Positions 26,046 through 39,262 of a stretch of 64,000 bases of DNA are shown here, in pieces. The notes below the pieces were generated by a model. The model was not told the DNA's origin, did not search any database, and saw only the letters and a list, made by a program, of their open reading frames with translations. How positions within the stretch are numbered: position 1 is the first letter of the stretch; each line of letters starts with the position of its first letter. The DNA lies in assembly GCA_027604505.1 (NCBI GenBank), contig JADIIX010000029.1, forward strand, positions 1 to 64,000, read 5' to 3'. A program made the translations under genes and the position numbers. This DNA is from Gonapodya sp. JEL0774. Its lineage: Eukaryota.

Positions 26046-29000
26046 ATGGCAGCCATGCTTTCTCGCCTACGTAGCTTCCTCCTTTGGTCCACTTTAATAT
26101 CCGCATCCTCTGTCGCTGGCCGACCTCTAAATTCCCGAGCTGCTCCCGCTTATGTTGTGGCCTTCGACCCCGTTTCGACTTGCTGGGGAACGGACACAGC
26201 AAATTTTGTAATCAACGCTCACATATCCGTTAATGGGGCTGCTCCGATGGCTAACGCGAACGGAGGGTTGGCAAATCTCCACATCACCTTTGCACCTGCA
26301 CGAGCACTCCAACTAACCGCTAGTTGGAATGGAGCTAATTCGGTGGCAACGGGAAACGTCTGGTCATTTCAGGTACTTACCAGCGCGAGCATTTCCACAG
26401 ATCGCTGCGTTCATTGCCTCATTCCTATAAAAAGACAATGGACTTTCAACCAGTTGTCGGTGGCGAGTTCTCCCTACCGGGCGTTCCATGCATAAACGGA
26501 CAAATCGGGGCACCAATGGCGCTTACAGCTGCTGGCCAGCTGGTTAGTGGTGGAACGATCACTGTCTCGGTTACTGGGGGTAACTTCGGAATAAACGGTG
26601 CCGGTAAGTCCGAATATCATGATCATACGCCCCAGACTGCGTTACTAATGCGAATCTTTCTAAAAGGAACGCCGTCAGCAGCCACGCAGGTCTTGGCCGC
26701 CACAACAAAATCCCCAACCGCGCCGGCCGCGACTACACTCCCTCCCTCCTCTACTGGAAATCCCGGAGCAACACAGGTCGCTACACCACCACCCACAGGA
26801 GCTGCGGGGGACTGCTTTGTCAAGCTGCCGCCCAATGCTCTCAGCGCCACAGGTCTTTCGACTCCATGGATTGTTTCCGGTAACGGCTGCACCCAGACTG
26901 CAGATGGCATGCCCACGTGAGTTACTGGATCATTTGAGAGCACGCACCATGAAGTTCTCATCAAAAGTAATCGCTCTAATAGTTTCGCGGAATGCACGAT
27001 TGTCGACCCCGCCACGGGAAAGCTGTTCACATACTCCCCTCTTTTGATCAACCAGGGTCAGGCATTTGTTACCCCCGTTGTGCCAAAGCTCCCCGCCAAC
27101 GGAGTTGTCGGATGTTGGTTTGGTACCAACGGCGCGACCACCAACTTGATCGACGGAAACAATGGCAAAGATCTCGCAGCTGCGAACTGTGTGAACGGCG
27201 ACCCTGGAGTTAAAGGCGACATCTTCGGCCAATTTGCAGCCTGTAACGGTGCACAATTCTTTGCGGCTGCGAACAAGGCTCCTCTGACCATTCCGGCGCT
27301 CGGTACTGGCAAGAACGGAAAGCCCTGCTACACAACGCGCTCGTTCGAGGTAGTAGACATGGACCAATCGGACAACGTGATTACCACGTACTCGCTTGGT
27401 TTGTATTGTTGATTTTTGTCAGCGGCACTACGAATTTTGTTTTCTCATCATGTTCCACGAACCTTACAGACAACAACGGCAAGATTGGACAGAAGACCAC
27501 CGCCAATTCCAAGACCTTGACGACAGACATTAACAACGGCTCGGACAACCTGCTTCTGGATCTTTTCCTCCGTCCAGCGTTGGGTTGCACTGCTTTCACG
27601 GCCCCCAGCTTGGCAGATCCGGCNNNNNNNNNNAACAAGCGCCGATCGCACTGATTCCTGGCAACGTGAGTTGACCCTACGATAAACCGACCGTATGATA
27701 CATTCATGGTGGTGAATCACTGTTCTAACGTCGCGCCTCAACACCACGCCCGCAGAATCCGATGGTTGTGTCCACGGCATCTGGAGCGATGTCAAAGACC
27801 AAACAGAACGCTTACCGTGCGGCGGTCGACCAAGGAACAGGCGCGGGTACCACTGCCGAAGCAACGGCATACTGCCAGAACTATCTGGATGTCAACGGTC
27901 CCAGCATCATCACAGACTCCAAGTTCACAATTGGGTTCGCAAGCCCCGACACAGGCAACGGAAACTCACTGTACACGTTCCTCGGGCAACGCTTTGAAGC
28001 ATCTTGGACTGGTTTAGGCTGCGACGTTCTTCTGACAAAGGTGAGGCAAAGCACCAGGACGGTCTTCATTCATACTGGAAACTGATGGTGCATTTTCGGC
28101 GGCAGGTCGTGTATCTTGACCCAGCCAACAAACTTCCCATCATAGCAAACCGCAACGCCGACGGTGTCACCACGTCGCTGACCTTCAACACCGCACAGCT
28201 CCTATCCATGGCGCAGGCTGCTGGCCTGGTAACTGGCGGCGGAAAGGCAACCACTGTCAAGGGTGCTAAGGTCACCACGACGAAAGGGAATGGTGGTGGT
28301 GAGTATTGATTGCGGAACTTCGTCGTTCGGATATGAGGCATTGCTCACACTTTCTCTCTCTCTCTTTAAGCACAAGGGTACGGTATTGAGATCCAAACTC
28401 GGGTAAAGGTATTCACTAAACCGAGATTATATCATTTAAATTAACAGGGCAACTCAGCCAGTCACGAAACCCGCAACCACAAAGTCTGCGGCTCCCGCCA
28501 CCACCCAGGTTACGACACCACCACCCACAGGAGCTGCCGGGGATTGTTTTGTCAAGCTGCCGCCCAATGCTCTCAGCGCCACAGGTCTTTCGACTCCGTG
28601 GATTGTTTCCGGTAACGGCTGCACCCAGACCGCAGATGGCATGCCCACGTGAGTTACTGGATCATTTGAGAGCACGCAGCATGAAGTTCTCATCAAAAGT
28701 AATCACGCACATAGTTTCGCGGAATGCACGATTGTCGACCCCGCCACGGGAAAGCTGTTCACATACTCCCCTCTTTTGATCAACCAGGGTCAGGCATTTG
28801 TTACCCCCGTTGTGCCAAAGCTCCCCGCCAACGGAGTTGTCGGATGTTGGTTTGGTACCAACGGCGCGACCACCAACTTGATCGACGGAAACAATGGCAA
28901 AGATCTCGCAGCTGCGAACTGTGTGAACGGCGACCCTGGAGTTAAAGGCGACATCTTCGGCCAATTTGCAGCCTGTAACGGTGCACAATTCTTTGCGGCT

Positions 29001-31363
29001 GCGAACAAGGCTCCTCTGACCATTCCGGCGCTCGGTACTGGCAAGAACGGAAAGCCCTGCTACACAACGCGCTCGTTCGAGGTAGTAGACATGGACCAAT
29101 CGGACAACGTGATTACCACGTACTCGCTTGGTTTGTATTGTTGATTTTTGTCAGCGGCACTACGAATTTTGTTTTCTCATCATGTTCCACGAACCTTACA
29201 GACAACAACGGCAAGATTGGACAGAAGACCACCGCCAATTCCAAGACCTTGACGACAGACATTAACAACGGCTCGGACAACCTGCTTCTGGATCTTTTCC
29301 TCCGTCCAGCGTTGGGTTGCACTGCTTTCACGGCCCCCAGCTTGGCAGATCCGGCGATGTCCTTTGGATCGCTAGCTTTGAACGAATTGCAAGCAGCGAA
29401 GCTCCAACAAGCGCCGATCGCACTGATTCCTGGCAACGTGAGTTGACCCTACGATAAACCGACCGTATGATACATTCATGGTGGTGAATCACTGTTCTAA
29501 CGTCGCGCCTCAACACCACGCCCGCAGAATCCGATGGTTGTGTCCACGGCATCTGGAGCGATGTCAAAGACCAAACAGAACGCTTACCGTGCGGCGGTCG
29601 ACCAAGGAACAGGCGCGGGTACCACTGCCGAAGCAACGGCATACTGCCAGAACTATCTGGATGTCAACGGTCCCAGCATCATCACAGACTCCAAGTTCAC
29701 AATTGGGTTCGCAAGCCCCGACACAGGCAACGGAAACTCACTGTACACGTTCCTCGGGCAACGCTTTGAAGCATCTTGGACTGGTTTAGGCTGCGACGTT
29801 CTTCTGACAAAGGTGAGGCAAAGCACCAGGACGGTCTTCATTCATACTGGAAACTGATGGTGCATTTTCGGCGGCAGGTCGTGTATCTTGACCCAGCCAA
29901 CAAACTTCCCATCATAGCAAACCGCAACGCCGACGGTGTCACCACGTCGCTGACCTTCAACACCGCACAGCTCCTATCCATGGCGCAGGCTGCTGGCCTG
30001 GTAACTGGCGGCGGAAAGGCAACTACTGCAAAAGGTAGTCAGGTTACCACTGTCAAGGGTGCGAAGGTTACCACCACGAAATTGTCCGTCGTTGGTGGAG
30101 GAACCCAGCCGACAACTGCAAAGGCCACTCAGGGTTCATCTACCAAGAGTAGTGTTGTCGGAGGCGGCGGAATTGCGACCACTGTGAAGGGTGCCAAGCC
30201 CACTACTACTAAGGCGAATGGTGGTGGTGAGTTTCGCTGTATTAAGTCCCCTTTTGCGATTACGCTGACATTTCCGTGTCTTCTTCAGCCCAAGGGTGAG
30301 CTGCTCCTTTCAGCACGTGGTTTCGGTTTTGTTTTTTTCTAACTGAGATTCGCTCTCTTGGCAGTGCGACAGCACTAATTTCAACAAACCCTATCGCCAC
30401 GACGATCCCTGTTGCAACATTGTCTGCTGTTTCGGGCGTAACGCCAATAGTTACTTCGCTTCCGGGTGGAGGTGCTGGACCTTCGTCAGTTCTGTCAATG
30501 TCCATTCAGAAGACAAAACGCACGAAATCTACGCGGACAAGGCGCACGAAGACTACAAAGACAAAACGCACCAAGACTACGAAGACGAAGCGCACGAAGA
30601 CGACAGTCATCGCGACGGTTCCGTCAACCCCAGGGACAACTCAGGCAGTTCCAATGCTTAGCCAATCAAAGGCGTCTGTCGTTTCAACACAAGCTGCGGC
30701 CACCACTGGCGCTGCGTTGCCGGCGCAATCTTCTACTGTCTTACCATCCCTGTCATCGTCCGTTGGTGCACCTGTACTTACCACGACACCGACTATCAGA
30801 CAGACGTCCATTGCGTCACTCTCTACCTCAACCGCCGCTGGTCAGGGTGCCGTAGTGACTGTGTCCCCCTCAGCGCCGTGAGTTTCTCGCGTAGCGTGAA
30901 TTATTGACTGAATTCTCGTATCGATGCATTGAAACTGTTCTTATTTCTGTGAACAATCGGTAGTGCGGGCCCGATTCTCTATGTTTTCGATTACCGTATC
31001 GACCATTGCTGGACTTTTGACGGCGCGGTATTCTTCCCACTTCTCACAACCCTTTCCGTGAATGGTCACGCACCCATGTCAACTCTCGATGGTGGACTCG
31101 CATCGATTGCAATGACGTTTACCGGCCTCAAGGACATTCAGACTGCATTCACATGGGGTGTGGGTAACGTTATGACCCCTGCCAATACCTTCCGATTTGA
31201 GACCGTCAATGGTGCATCAAATCCCGGAGGAATATTCAGCACTATGGACGCAGACGTGACGTGCGTGAACGGTGTGATATCCGTTCAAAATCTTGCGATT
31301 GAGGCGACAGGTAGTTTACTCAACGGTGGTGCGATCACAATCACTTTGAACAAGTTGGTTTGA
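26046..31363 (+). CDS. Large secreted modular protein: signal peptide, N-terminal beta-rich domain, two copies of a Cys-rich domain, S/T-rich linkers, and a C-terminal domain homologous to the N-terminal one
   Basis: Hydrophobic N-terminus MAAMLSRLRSFLLWSTLISASSVAG, continuous GT-AG spliced frames, a repeated domain with WFGTNG, FGQFAACN and VVDMDQSDNV, and T/A/P-rich linkers. Contains a 10-N gap. Confidence 0.7.
26783..30023 (+). repeat. Direct duplication, copy 1 26783-28251 and copy 2 28515-30023, near-identical including introns
   Basis: The ORF track gives identical translations at offsets 1732 and 1772. The offset change is due to the N gap at 27624-27633. Confidence 0.95.
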
Positions 31364-31620
31364 TCGCATTTGAAGGCGACGGGAGAGGTGTGTGTCCTAC
31401 AACCGGAGGTAAAGCAATCGAAAGTTAGAAGGACGTTCGTCACAGTCACTTGCCCGATATGATACACAACAATTACCTACTTGATTTTATTTGTATGGTC
31501 AAGTGACTCTGAAATATGACTCTGTTCTGTGGATCGATTGGGGACCTCTAGTGCATTGGGCAAAGATGTCTTCGCACCACTCACAGTCCACTCAACCACC
31601 AAAACCCGCAATCTTAGACG

Positions 31621-34600
31621 ATGGACGAGGTGAGGATCGATGGCAGCGGGAAGAGATCTTTTGAGTAAGCCAGCCAGGTAACCCCTGACGAACTCGCTTT
31701 TATCTTCATGCTCTTGCTTCACACCACGTCCCGCCTGGGGCGGCACTCAGATCGAAGATGCGCGCGATTTCACCTCAACAGACGATATTATCGGGGAGCT
31801 GGGTGTTTTCAGTGATAGAACCACGGAGAAGATACGCAGCTTCATGGAAAAGTGAAATGAACAATTGTGTGGGAAAGTCGACTAGTTTCGTCAGACGAGT
31901 CTTTCCCATTTAGACTTCCCAGCGGCTCGCAAGGAGAACTTGCACGTGAGAAAGTGTACGAGATCGTCGTGGACTGGTTGGTGGAACCCTTCAATTTTTC
32001 TGGCGTTCGTGAGCTGGAGAATCTCAAAGCTCAAACAACTTGCTGCAGGCTCGCCTCCGGCCCATTTGACCCCGAGTCGGCCGCTTCGAAAGACGTTGCA
32101 GCTCTTGTGAACATCTTCATCGATCAAATCGACTCGTTGGCGCCTGCCCATCTGCCTCACTTTGGGAATCGGCTCATTGAGAGCCTCGGACGGTCCTCAT
32201 CTCATCCCTTGCTTATATCTCTCATACCTCGTACTGTCTTCTGGATTTCCCGTCAGAAGAAACTGCCATTTGAAGGCAAGGAAGAAACAAGTGCCAAGAT
32301 TCGAGATAACCTCATCAGTCAAGCCTGTTCGCTCGACTGGGCACGAACGGACAGGGCACCACAGTGGGCAGAGGCCATGAGAGACGTGGAGTTGACCGGC
32401 CCCCAACTGGAGAAGGTGGCGAAGAAACTTCTTGAGTGGGCTTGCTTTATCCGTCCGTACGCCCGGTCCAGAACGCTCAATATGAATCTCTTTTTTTACT
32501 CAGCTGTATATTGCTGGTCACCCTTTCTTGCTTGCCTCCACTCGTTTACCAGATACTTCTTTTCTCTAAACGCGTACGTCAATCCGATTGACACACCGAC
32601 GGTCCAATCTTCTCTTAATTCGCTTGAACAGACCTCCCCCCGACCGCTAATCCCACCTCATCTTGTTTGCCGTCAGCTTCGAACTCGACGAGAACGTGAG
32701 CTGTCGCTTTACGACAATGCCGACGAAAGAGATGACGGTATTTCAGAACGGCAGTCGACAGAAGAGCGCATAGCCCAGGCGGAAGGGACGGCACTTCTTC
32801 ACGTGGGGTTTGCTTTGAGAGCTGATAAAGTAAGTACGTTTTCGCTGGTGGGGTGATGATCCTTTCATTTTGGAATGTCTTCACAATGTCCAGGACCTGG
32901 CAACCGATTTTCTCAAGCACATGCGAGTCAGCCGCGCTCGAGATCTTGATCCGTTTGCTCTAGCGCTCCTATTTGTCATGGCGAGAAGCTCAAGGTTTGC
33001 AGAAGAGGTGGGATCCAGCTCTTTATCCCCCAATGACGAATAAGTGAACTACCTCAGTTTGGATTTTCCAGGTGAACGATTGTCTCCGCTCTGCAATTAT
33101 CACAACCTACCGCGACGAAGAGCATGCGAAGAGAGCATCGTGGACTCGAATCAGTACCGTGATCAACGAATGTGAGATATTGGAAATCTAGTGGCCGTCA
33201 TAGCTGATTTGAGCATCGCTCCCATATCAAAATTGTGTCCTCGCCAGCCGCCCCAACACCGCCTCTTACAGCCCATCTTCTGGCGCTCGTCCGCCTTACT
33301 GCCCGTGGGTGGGACTTCTCTGCCCTTCAGTCTCTGGCATCCTTCCTACTTGTCACGCTGGATGATGCTGGGGCTCAGAGCGTCAGGTCCAAAGATCCGG
33401 GGATCAAAAAACGAGTCACTGAGACGGTGACCACAGTTTTGGAAGAGGTGTTTGATGTGAGAGAATGCTTCAGATTCCATCCTTGCGAGAAGCGGACAAC
33501 ATATGCCTACATGGAGTTTAGCACCACGAGCTCATTCGTCCACACCTTTTAGATGAGATTGTCGCGCGAATTAAAGATGGAGGTGTGTCCGCTTCCCTTT
33601 TTGCGGAACTGTTGGGCCGGCTCATAGAGCGGGCACCGGACGCTTTCTTGGAACACATCGGAAGGGTTCGTTGATGCTCAGTTGATGAATTCACATTTTC
33701 TTTTGCACCGAGATGATCCGCCATCCACCTCACCACTCATAGCTCCAAGAGATCCTCAGCCACCTCCCTGTAATCCCACCCGTTGCGTCTGTTGTAGCTA
33801 TTTCTTCGCTCCGCCGTATTCTGAATCTCCGCCCTGGATTCCGAGATCAGCTCGTTCTCTCACTACGAAAATGCCTTGGGGCTCGGGATGTTTCGGCCCG
33901 GCTCACTGCGGTGTCCGGATTGCTGTATCTCGTGGAGCTTGTAGAGACGAAGGTCGCGTCAAGATACCCGACTGAGGTTGCATTTCAGGTTGAAGCTATT
34001 GGCGCTGTGAGGAAGGCAATGGACTCCCAACCGGAGGTTCGAGTTGCGCTGTACAGAGAGCTGGAAGGGCTTGTAGTTCGGAATCCAAGATTGGCTCCAT
34101 TGGTGATTGAGGCACTCTGGAACCAGGTAAGTGAACTACCTGACATTGATCAACCCCTGATACCTGGGATCTTACCGGAATCCGACTGAAGCTCTCGAAG
34201 TATATTCACGACACTCACGGAGACGCTGGAGCAGCAATAGCAATTGTTGAATGCGTGGCGGACGAGCAAGATGAAGCACATATAATTGGTGAACTCCAGA
34301 TTGTCGTTGATCGAAATGGTGATCTTTACCGATCTGATCTTGATTTTCAGAGCCCATACCCTACCTTCTGCGGACCGTTACACAATCGATGGTTGTATCT
34401 GCGGCCAATTCATCGAAAGTTGATGCGGGAAGTGGCTTCGTTAAGCTTGTTGATGCCGCCCAGCATCAGTTGCAGTCACTGTTGCACAACTTGGGCAAAG
34501 CCGAATTGGCCGATTTCGAACTGGATAAGATGGTGGATTTTAACATCGCGACGAGAAATGGTGTAAGAAACTTGATGATGGCATCGTTGTTGTTGGGATG

Positions 34601-37125
34601 CTATGAGGTAAGATATTTGCACTTACCTGGCTTATTTGTTTTGCTTCCCATTTTCATTTCCTCCAATTTATGGGTGCTATTAGGTCATGATCGAGTACAA
34701 TTTCAGTATGCGGAATAATAATCACTCTTTTGAGGATTGTACCAAATTATTCAAGCGACACTCTGAGCTAGTGGATATAATCAAGGATAGGCTGGCAAAA
34801 GCCAAAGACAAGGAGAGCAACCAACCTCGCTCCAAAATCGCTATCGGCGAGGTATCCTATTTCAGCTTTGGATTTTTGTCGCGATATATCTCGTTCGCGA
34901 TGTCGAGAAAGGACTCGGTAGCTGCCAGTGCAGTTCGCACAACACCACTCACTCGACACGTTCTATCGTCAACTCGAAAGAGGCTACACTCACTAAGCTC
35001 AGATGGGAAGACGGACGAAATGGCTGAAGCGGGTCTTGGACAGGCGATTGTCGAGCTTGTTTCCGCTTTAGAAAAGGATATCTGGTCCGAACTCGCTCAA
35101 CAGACCGAACATGCAGAGAACAAAGAAAACACGGACCACATGAAGGACACGAAAGAGAAGGTACGACGGAAAGACCACTATTGTGGCGATCGCATAGCCT
35201 AACGTGCAATGCATGACAGGGGAAAAAAGTGCCATCCGTGGAGAACATAGATCTGTTCTGTGAATCTATTCGTGTAATTGTTGCTGATCACCCGGACTCA
35301 TTTGAAAACTTGTTGTCGACACTGGGTAAGGACTCAAGTTCTCCTCTCATGCGTTGTGCATTGATTTCCATTATTTCGTAACGCAGGTTGGCGATCCGGA
35401 AAGCCGTGGAGCTTCGATGAAGGAATCGATGAGAGTCTCATACAACTCACCAAGATCCTTTCTTCACTCCTCACTTTACCCTCTCCAACTAAAGAAGGTA
35501 GCGTTTATTGGAAATCGCCACTTTTTCAGTATCAGTGATGTGATCATCGCCGAACCACATGAATGAAATGGCACAGCCAACATTTTGGTGTGCCTGATCA
35601 GTCAGATGTGCAAGCTTTCCTATCGGCCCGGGACAGCCTTGCGCTTGGTCGAGAAGTTGTGTCGCGAGCACTCGTTGGAGGATGCAGTGTTTGCCAAGAA
35701 CATCGTGACACTTCTCCTCTCTACTGCTCGAGCGGTCGACCATGGCGTTGATGTGGTTGGTGATTTGTTCCAAACAATTTTCAATCGTACCTCTTCATTC
35801 CCGAATGCGCTGTTTGTAGGTAAACCAACTCCTGAAAGATCTCCATTTGTTTGTTGGTGATTCCGAAGAAGACGAGCACCAGGATAGTTCTGTTCAATTT
35901 GCCATTGTCAATGAAACGACGTAAGCGCTCGGTTTCTTTCTGACTGCGTCTGCAATGTATTTTGCAGTCCAATATCTCGCAAATCTGCCGGTTTGTTTAG
36001 CTCCAGTGGTGTCATGAACGCAATACTAGCTGATATCGATGACTCAGTCGCGGAAGCGGAGTGGGTGTCTACCCACCTCAAGTCCTCAAAAGACGGCCCT
36101 CGTGAGTATTGATCTGCTCAGTTTTCGCTCTGGACCAGTCGGTAATTTCCACTTGCTGTCGAAGAACACCAGGAGGCCATCATGGACATGGAGGCTCGTG
36201 CCTGCAACCGTTTGCAAAATCAGGCGATCACCCTCTCTTCGCTCCTTCGCTGTCATCTACCGAAGGCCACCCGTGAGCCAATACTGAAAACCCTAAAGCA
36301 TCTTTTTGTCGCTGTCGTCGGTGTACTTCGAGCTGTGAGCTTCATTTTCTACTCCCTAATGTTCGTAAGCTGTCTTTCATCGTCCCCATCCGGCGTCTTT
36401 GATCAAAAGAAAAACACAGAGAAATCTCCCGAGGCGGAACCGGAGCACATTTCCCTGATTGAACAAATGGGTAGGTGCTTTGCAGGATGCTGGAATTCCA
36501 AAATGTTGTTCTTCTCATTCCCGAAACAGGAAATCTTTCGTCTGATGTCTACAACGTCTTGGTCACATTACTTTCACCAAATGGCGAAGAAGACGCAGGT
36601 GGTCAAAAGCGAAAGAAATCGAGTGGGCGGAGGAACAAGAAATCGGACCCGGAGAAGGTGAGCCTGCCAGCGGAGCGATGTTGACCATATGAACTCTGAG
36701 CTGATCGTTTTTCAAGCTCCAAACAATGCGAGAGTCGAAGCTCGTACCTGGCCTTATCTTTGAGATCGAGAGGTTTGATAAGGAAACTCTCAAGCTTGGC
36801 AAGAAGTCAAAGGTTCGAGTGAACTTTACTGTGAATGAAAAGTAGATTCGCTCACTCAAACCGAATTATTGCCTCGTGCTGCAGACAAACCTTTCAAAGT
36901 ACCTAAAACGCAGTACTGCGCGCGATTTTAAGCTTGAAAGGCAAAAGCTGGTGAGTTAACTTCCAACAACAAAACAATTCCATTGCTCCTGTTTGAACGG
37001 AAAATTTGGAAGCGCAGGTCACTATTACTGATGATGAAGACGAGTCAGCTGCTTCGGAAGGCGAGGCTGAGGACGGGAACGGATTGGCAGATGACGGAGA
37101 CCGAGCTAAGAAGAGGCGACGGTGA
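31621..37125 (+). CDS. FANCI: Fanconi anemia group I protein homolog (spliced; start approximate)
   Basis: LPPLVYQILLFSK, AEGTALLHV, PFALALL, GWDF, RDQLVLSLRKCL, ELADFELDK and RESKLVPGLIFEIERFD...LGKKSK...STARDFKL. Confidence 0.88.
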
Positions 37126-37222
37126 TCCCTAATATACTGAAGGGTTGATGTATACTTTTTCAGACTTTCTACTGATTCTAATTGTTTCCTTACAAGTGAC
37201 ACATTTACTTGGTCAAAAGATT

Positions 37223-39153
37223 CTACAGAAAACTCGAAGCCGCGCCGTCCCACTTCGCGGGACTCCCGCCTTCCATAATCAGACTCTGGGTCATCGAAGT
37301 GTCTGCCATTGAGCTATCCATAGATTCATCAATCGTTCCGTATACGTCATCGTCACTAAGCGTGGAACGGTGGTCCGGCGAGCTCAAACTCCTGTCTGTT
37401 GTGGTTGAAGTTGGGGACTTCCTCGCCTCAGCCATCCATGTCTTCCGGGACTCAATATACACATCAAGCTGTGTTCGGTGTGCCTCGCGAAGTTGATCAA
37501 CTGCCAGGGCTTTAATCATGCTTGTGATGAAGAACAGTGTCATCGACGTAATCACGAGATTCCATATTGTTCCGGCGATGCTCCCTTTATCCTGAATTAC
37601 AGAGGAGCAATATTGTGATTATTTCGCACAAATAGTGAACTTTATCAAAACGGGGAACTTGTATGTGCAGACTCACATCTCCAGGTCCCGCTTGTAGAGA
37701 TGCTATCTGCTTATCCACAAACGTTTGTGCCGCGCTGAGCGCGAAAGGGTATCGTTGTTCGATTAGGGTCAAACCCCAATCAATTGTCTCTCGCGAAAAC
37801 ATCAGAATGACGAGACAGGTCTGAATCGAAGATTTAAAAACGGCTTTTCCCAAAAAGGTCGCACCAAAGAATGTATGGAAAGGCACCATGTAATGTCCAC
37901 AAAGAATACCGGCGAGATCAAACAGCGGATTCGGAATCTGAACCAGTCGGGGATGAGTGGAAAACTGGAAACTAGAGCGCAATGGAAAGCCGAATCTCAC
38001 GGATGCACAGAGAACAATGCCAAAGAATCCCAGATGCCGGAGAACCCGAAGCATAACCAGTTTTGCTTTGGCGTCCAAAGTCAATTCATTGAACGGAGTC
38101 TTTTCCAGCTCGGCAATCTCCTCCAAGCTATCCTCCTCGCGCGTGTCGTCTATTCGCTGTGCCTTCGCAGCTTTGCAACCAAACGCAGGGTCAAAACAGG
38201 TTCCATAGTGACTGTGATGCAATTTACAAAAGCTCACCAGCCCGCGCAACAAAGTAGGGGGGCAGTTCGCCAATGGACGTGCCAGTACCCCAAAAGAAAG
38301 ACTCCGCAAATACCACTCCGTATATCTTCCATACACTGAGCGTTATCGGCGTGATACTGCCCTGACAGATGAATCTGCCAAACAGCGGCTTTGCTGGTTT
38401 GTCCCCCTATCGTGAGTCGCGCAGGCGAAAAATCACTGCACCTATCAGGTCCCCTCAATGGAAAGTTTAGGTTTCCACATTGATATGCAGTGGTCGTCAC
38501 GGTTGCGATGTGTGGCCCAAGGAACAGAACAAACTGGGGATATCACTGATCAAGATACTTTGCGTCCGAGCATTAGTCAATACATAATGAGTTCACCGTA
38601 TGGAGTCCAGTTCCCAATCCTATGGACGACAAGACTCCCAAGAACAGCCAGTAGCCGTACCAAGCAATCAGGGACTGAACTTGAAGTACCACGTCCTTTT
38701 GGGGTCCGTCAATGTGACCGGCAGCCAAGAAAGCGATGACCGTCACGGTAAAAGTAGAAACGGGAAGCAAATGGTTGGAAAGCGTTCCAAAGGCCTTTCG
38801 AAGTGTTTCGAGCAGATAGAGTAGGAAATAATAAAGAATTCTGGGAGAACCGTTGATCCATCCAAGTGCCACACGCTGCTGTTCCAGTTCCACCCGCTTT
38901 GTTTCAATCTCTTTCTCTAGCTTCTCTCGCTCATGTTCATCTATTGGTGAAATGAAACGCAATCAATGGCCAGGGGAACCGGTCGTTCAATCAAAAATCA
39001 GCTTAACTCACCTCTCCACTGCTGGAGTGAGGATTTTGATTTTGACAGCCGCCGCTTTCGCAGAGATGAAAGGTCGGGTATTCGGACAGCGGGCGGTCTG
39101 AGCAGCGCGGCTCCACTGAGTCGCAGAGGGCTCGATGCTGGACTGGAGGTCAT
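37223..39153 (-). CDS. VMP1: Vacuole membrane protein 1 (DedA/VTT superfamily ER scramblase; spliced)
   Basis: WLFLGVLSSIGLGTGLHT and IPNPLFDLAGILCGHYMVPFHTFFGATFLGKA signature motifs. Confidence 0.92.
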
Positions 39154-39262
39154 GTTGCTAATCTGCGAAAACTGGACCGAACACCGTCGGTATTCGATTC
39201 GAAAATTGAAAGCATTGGCTAGGAAACATTCATTTCTTCCCAGCACACTTTATTTTCATTTC

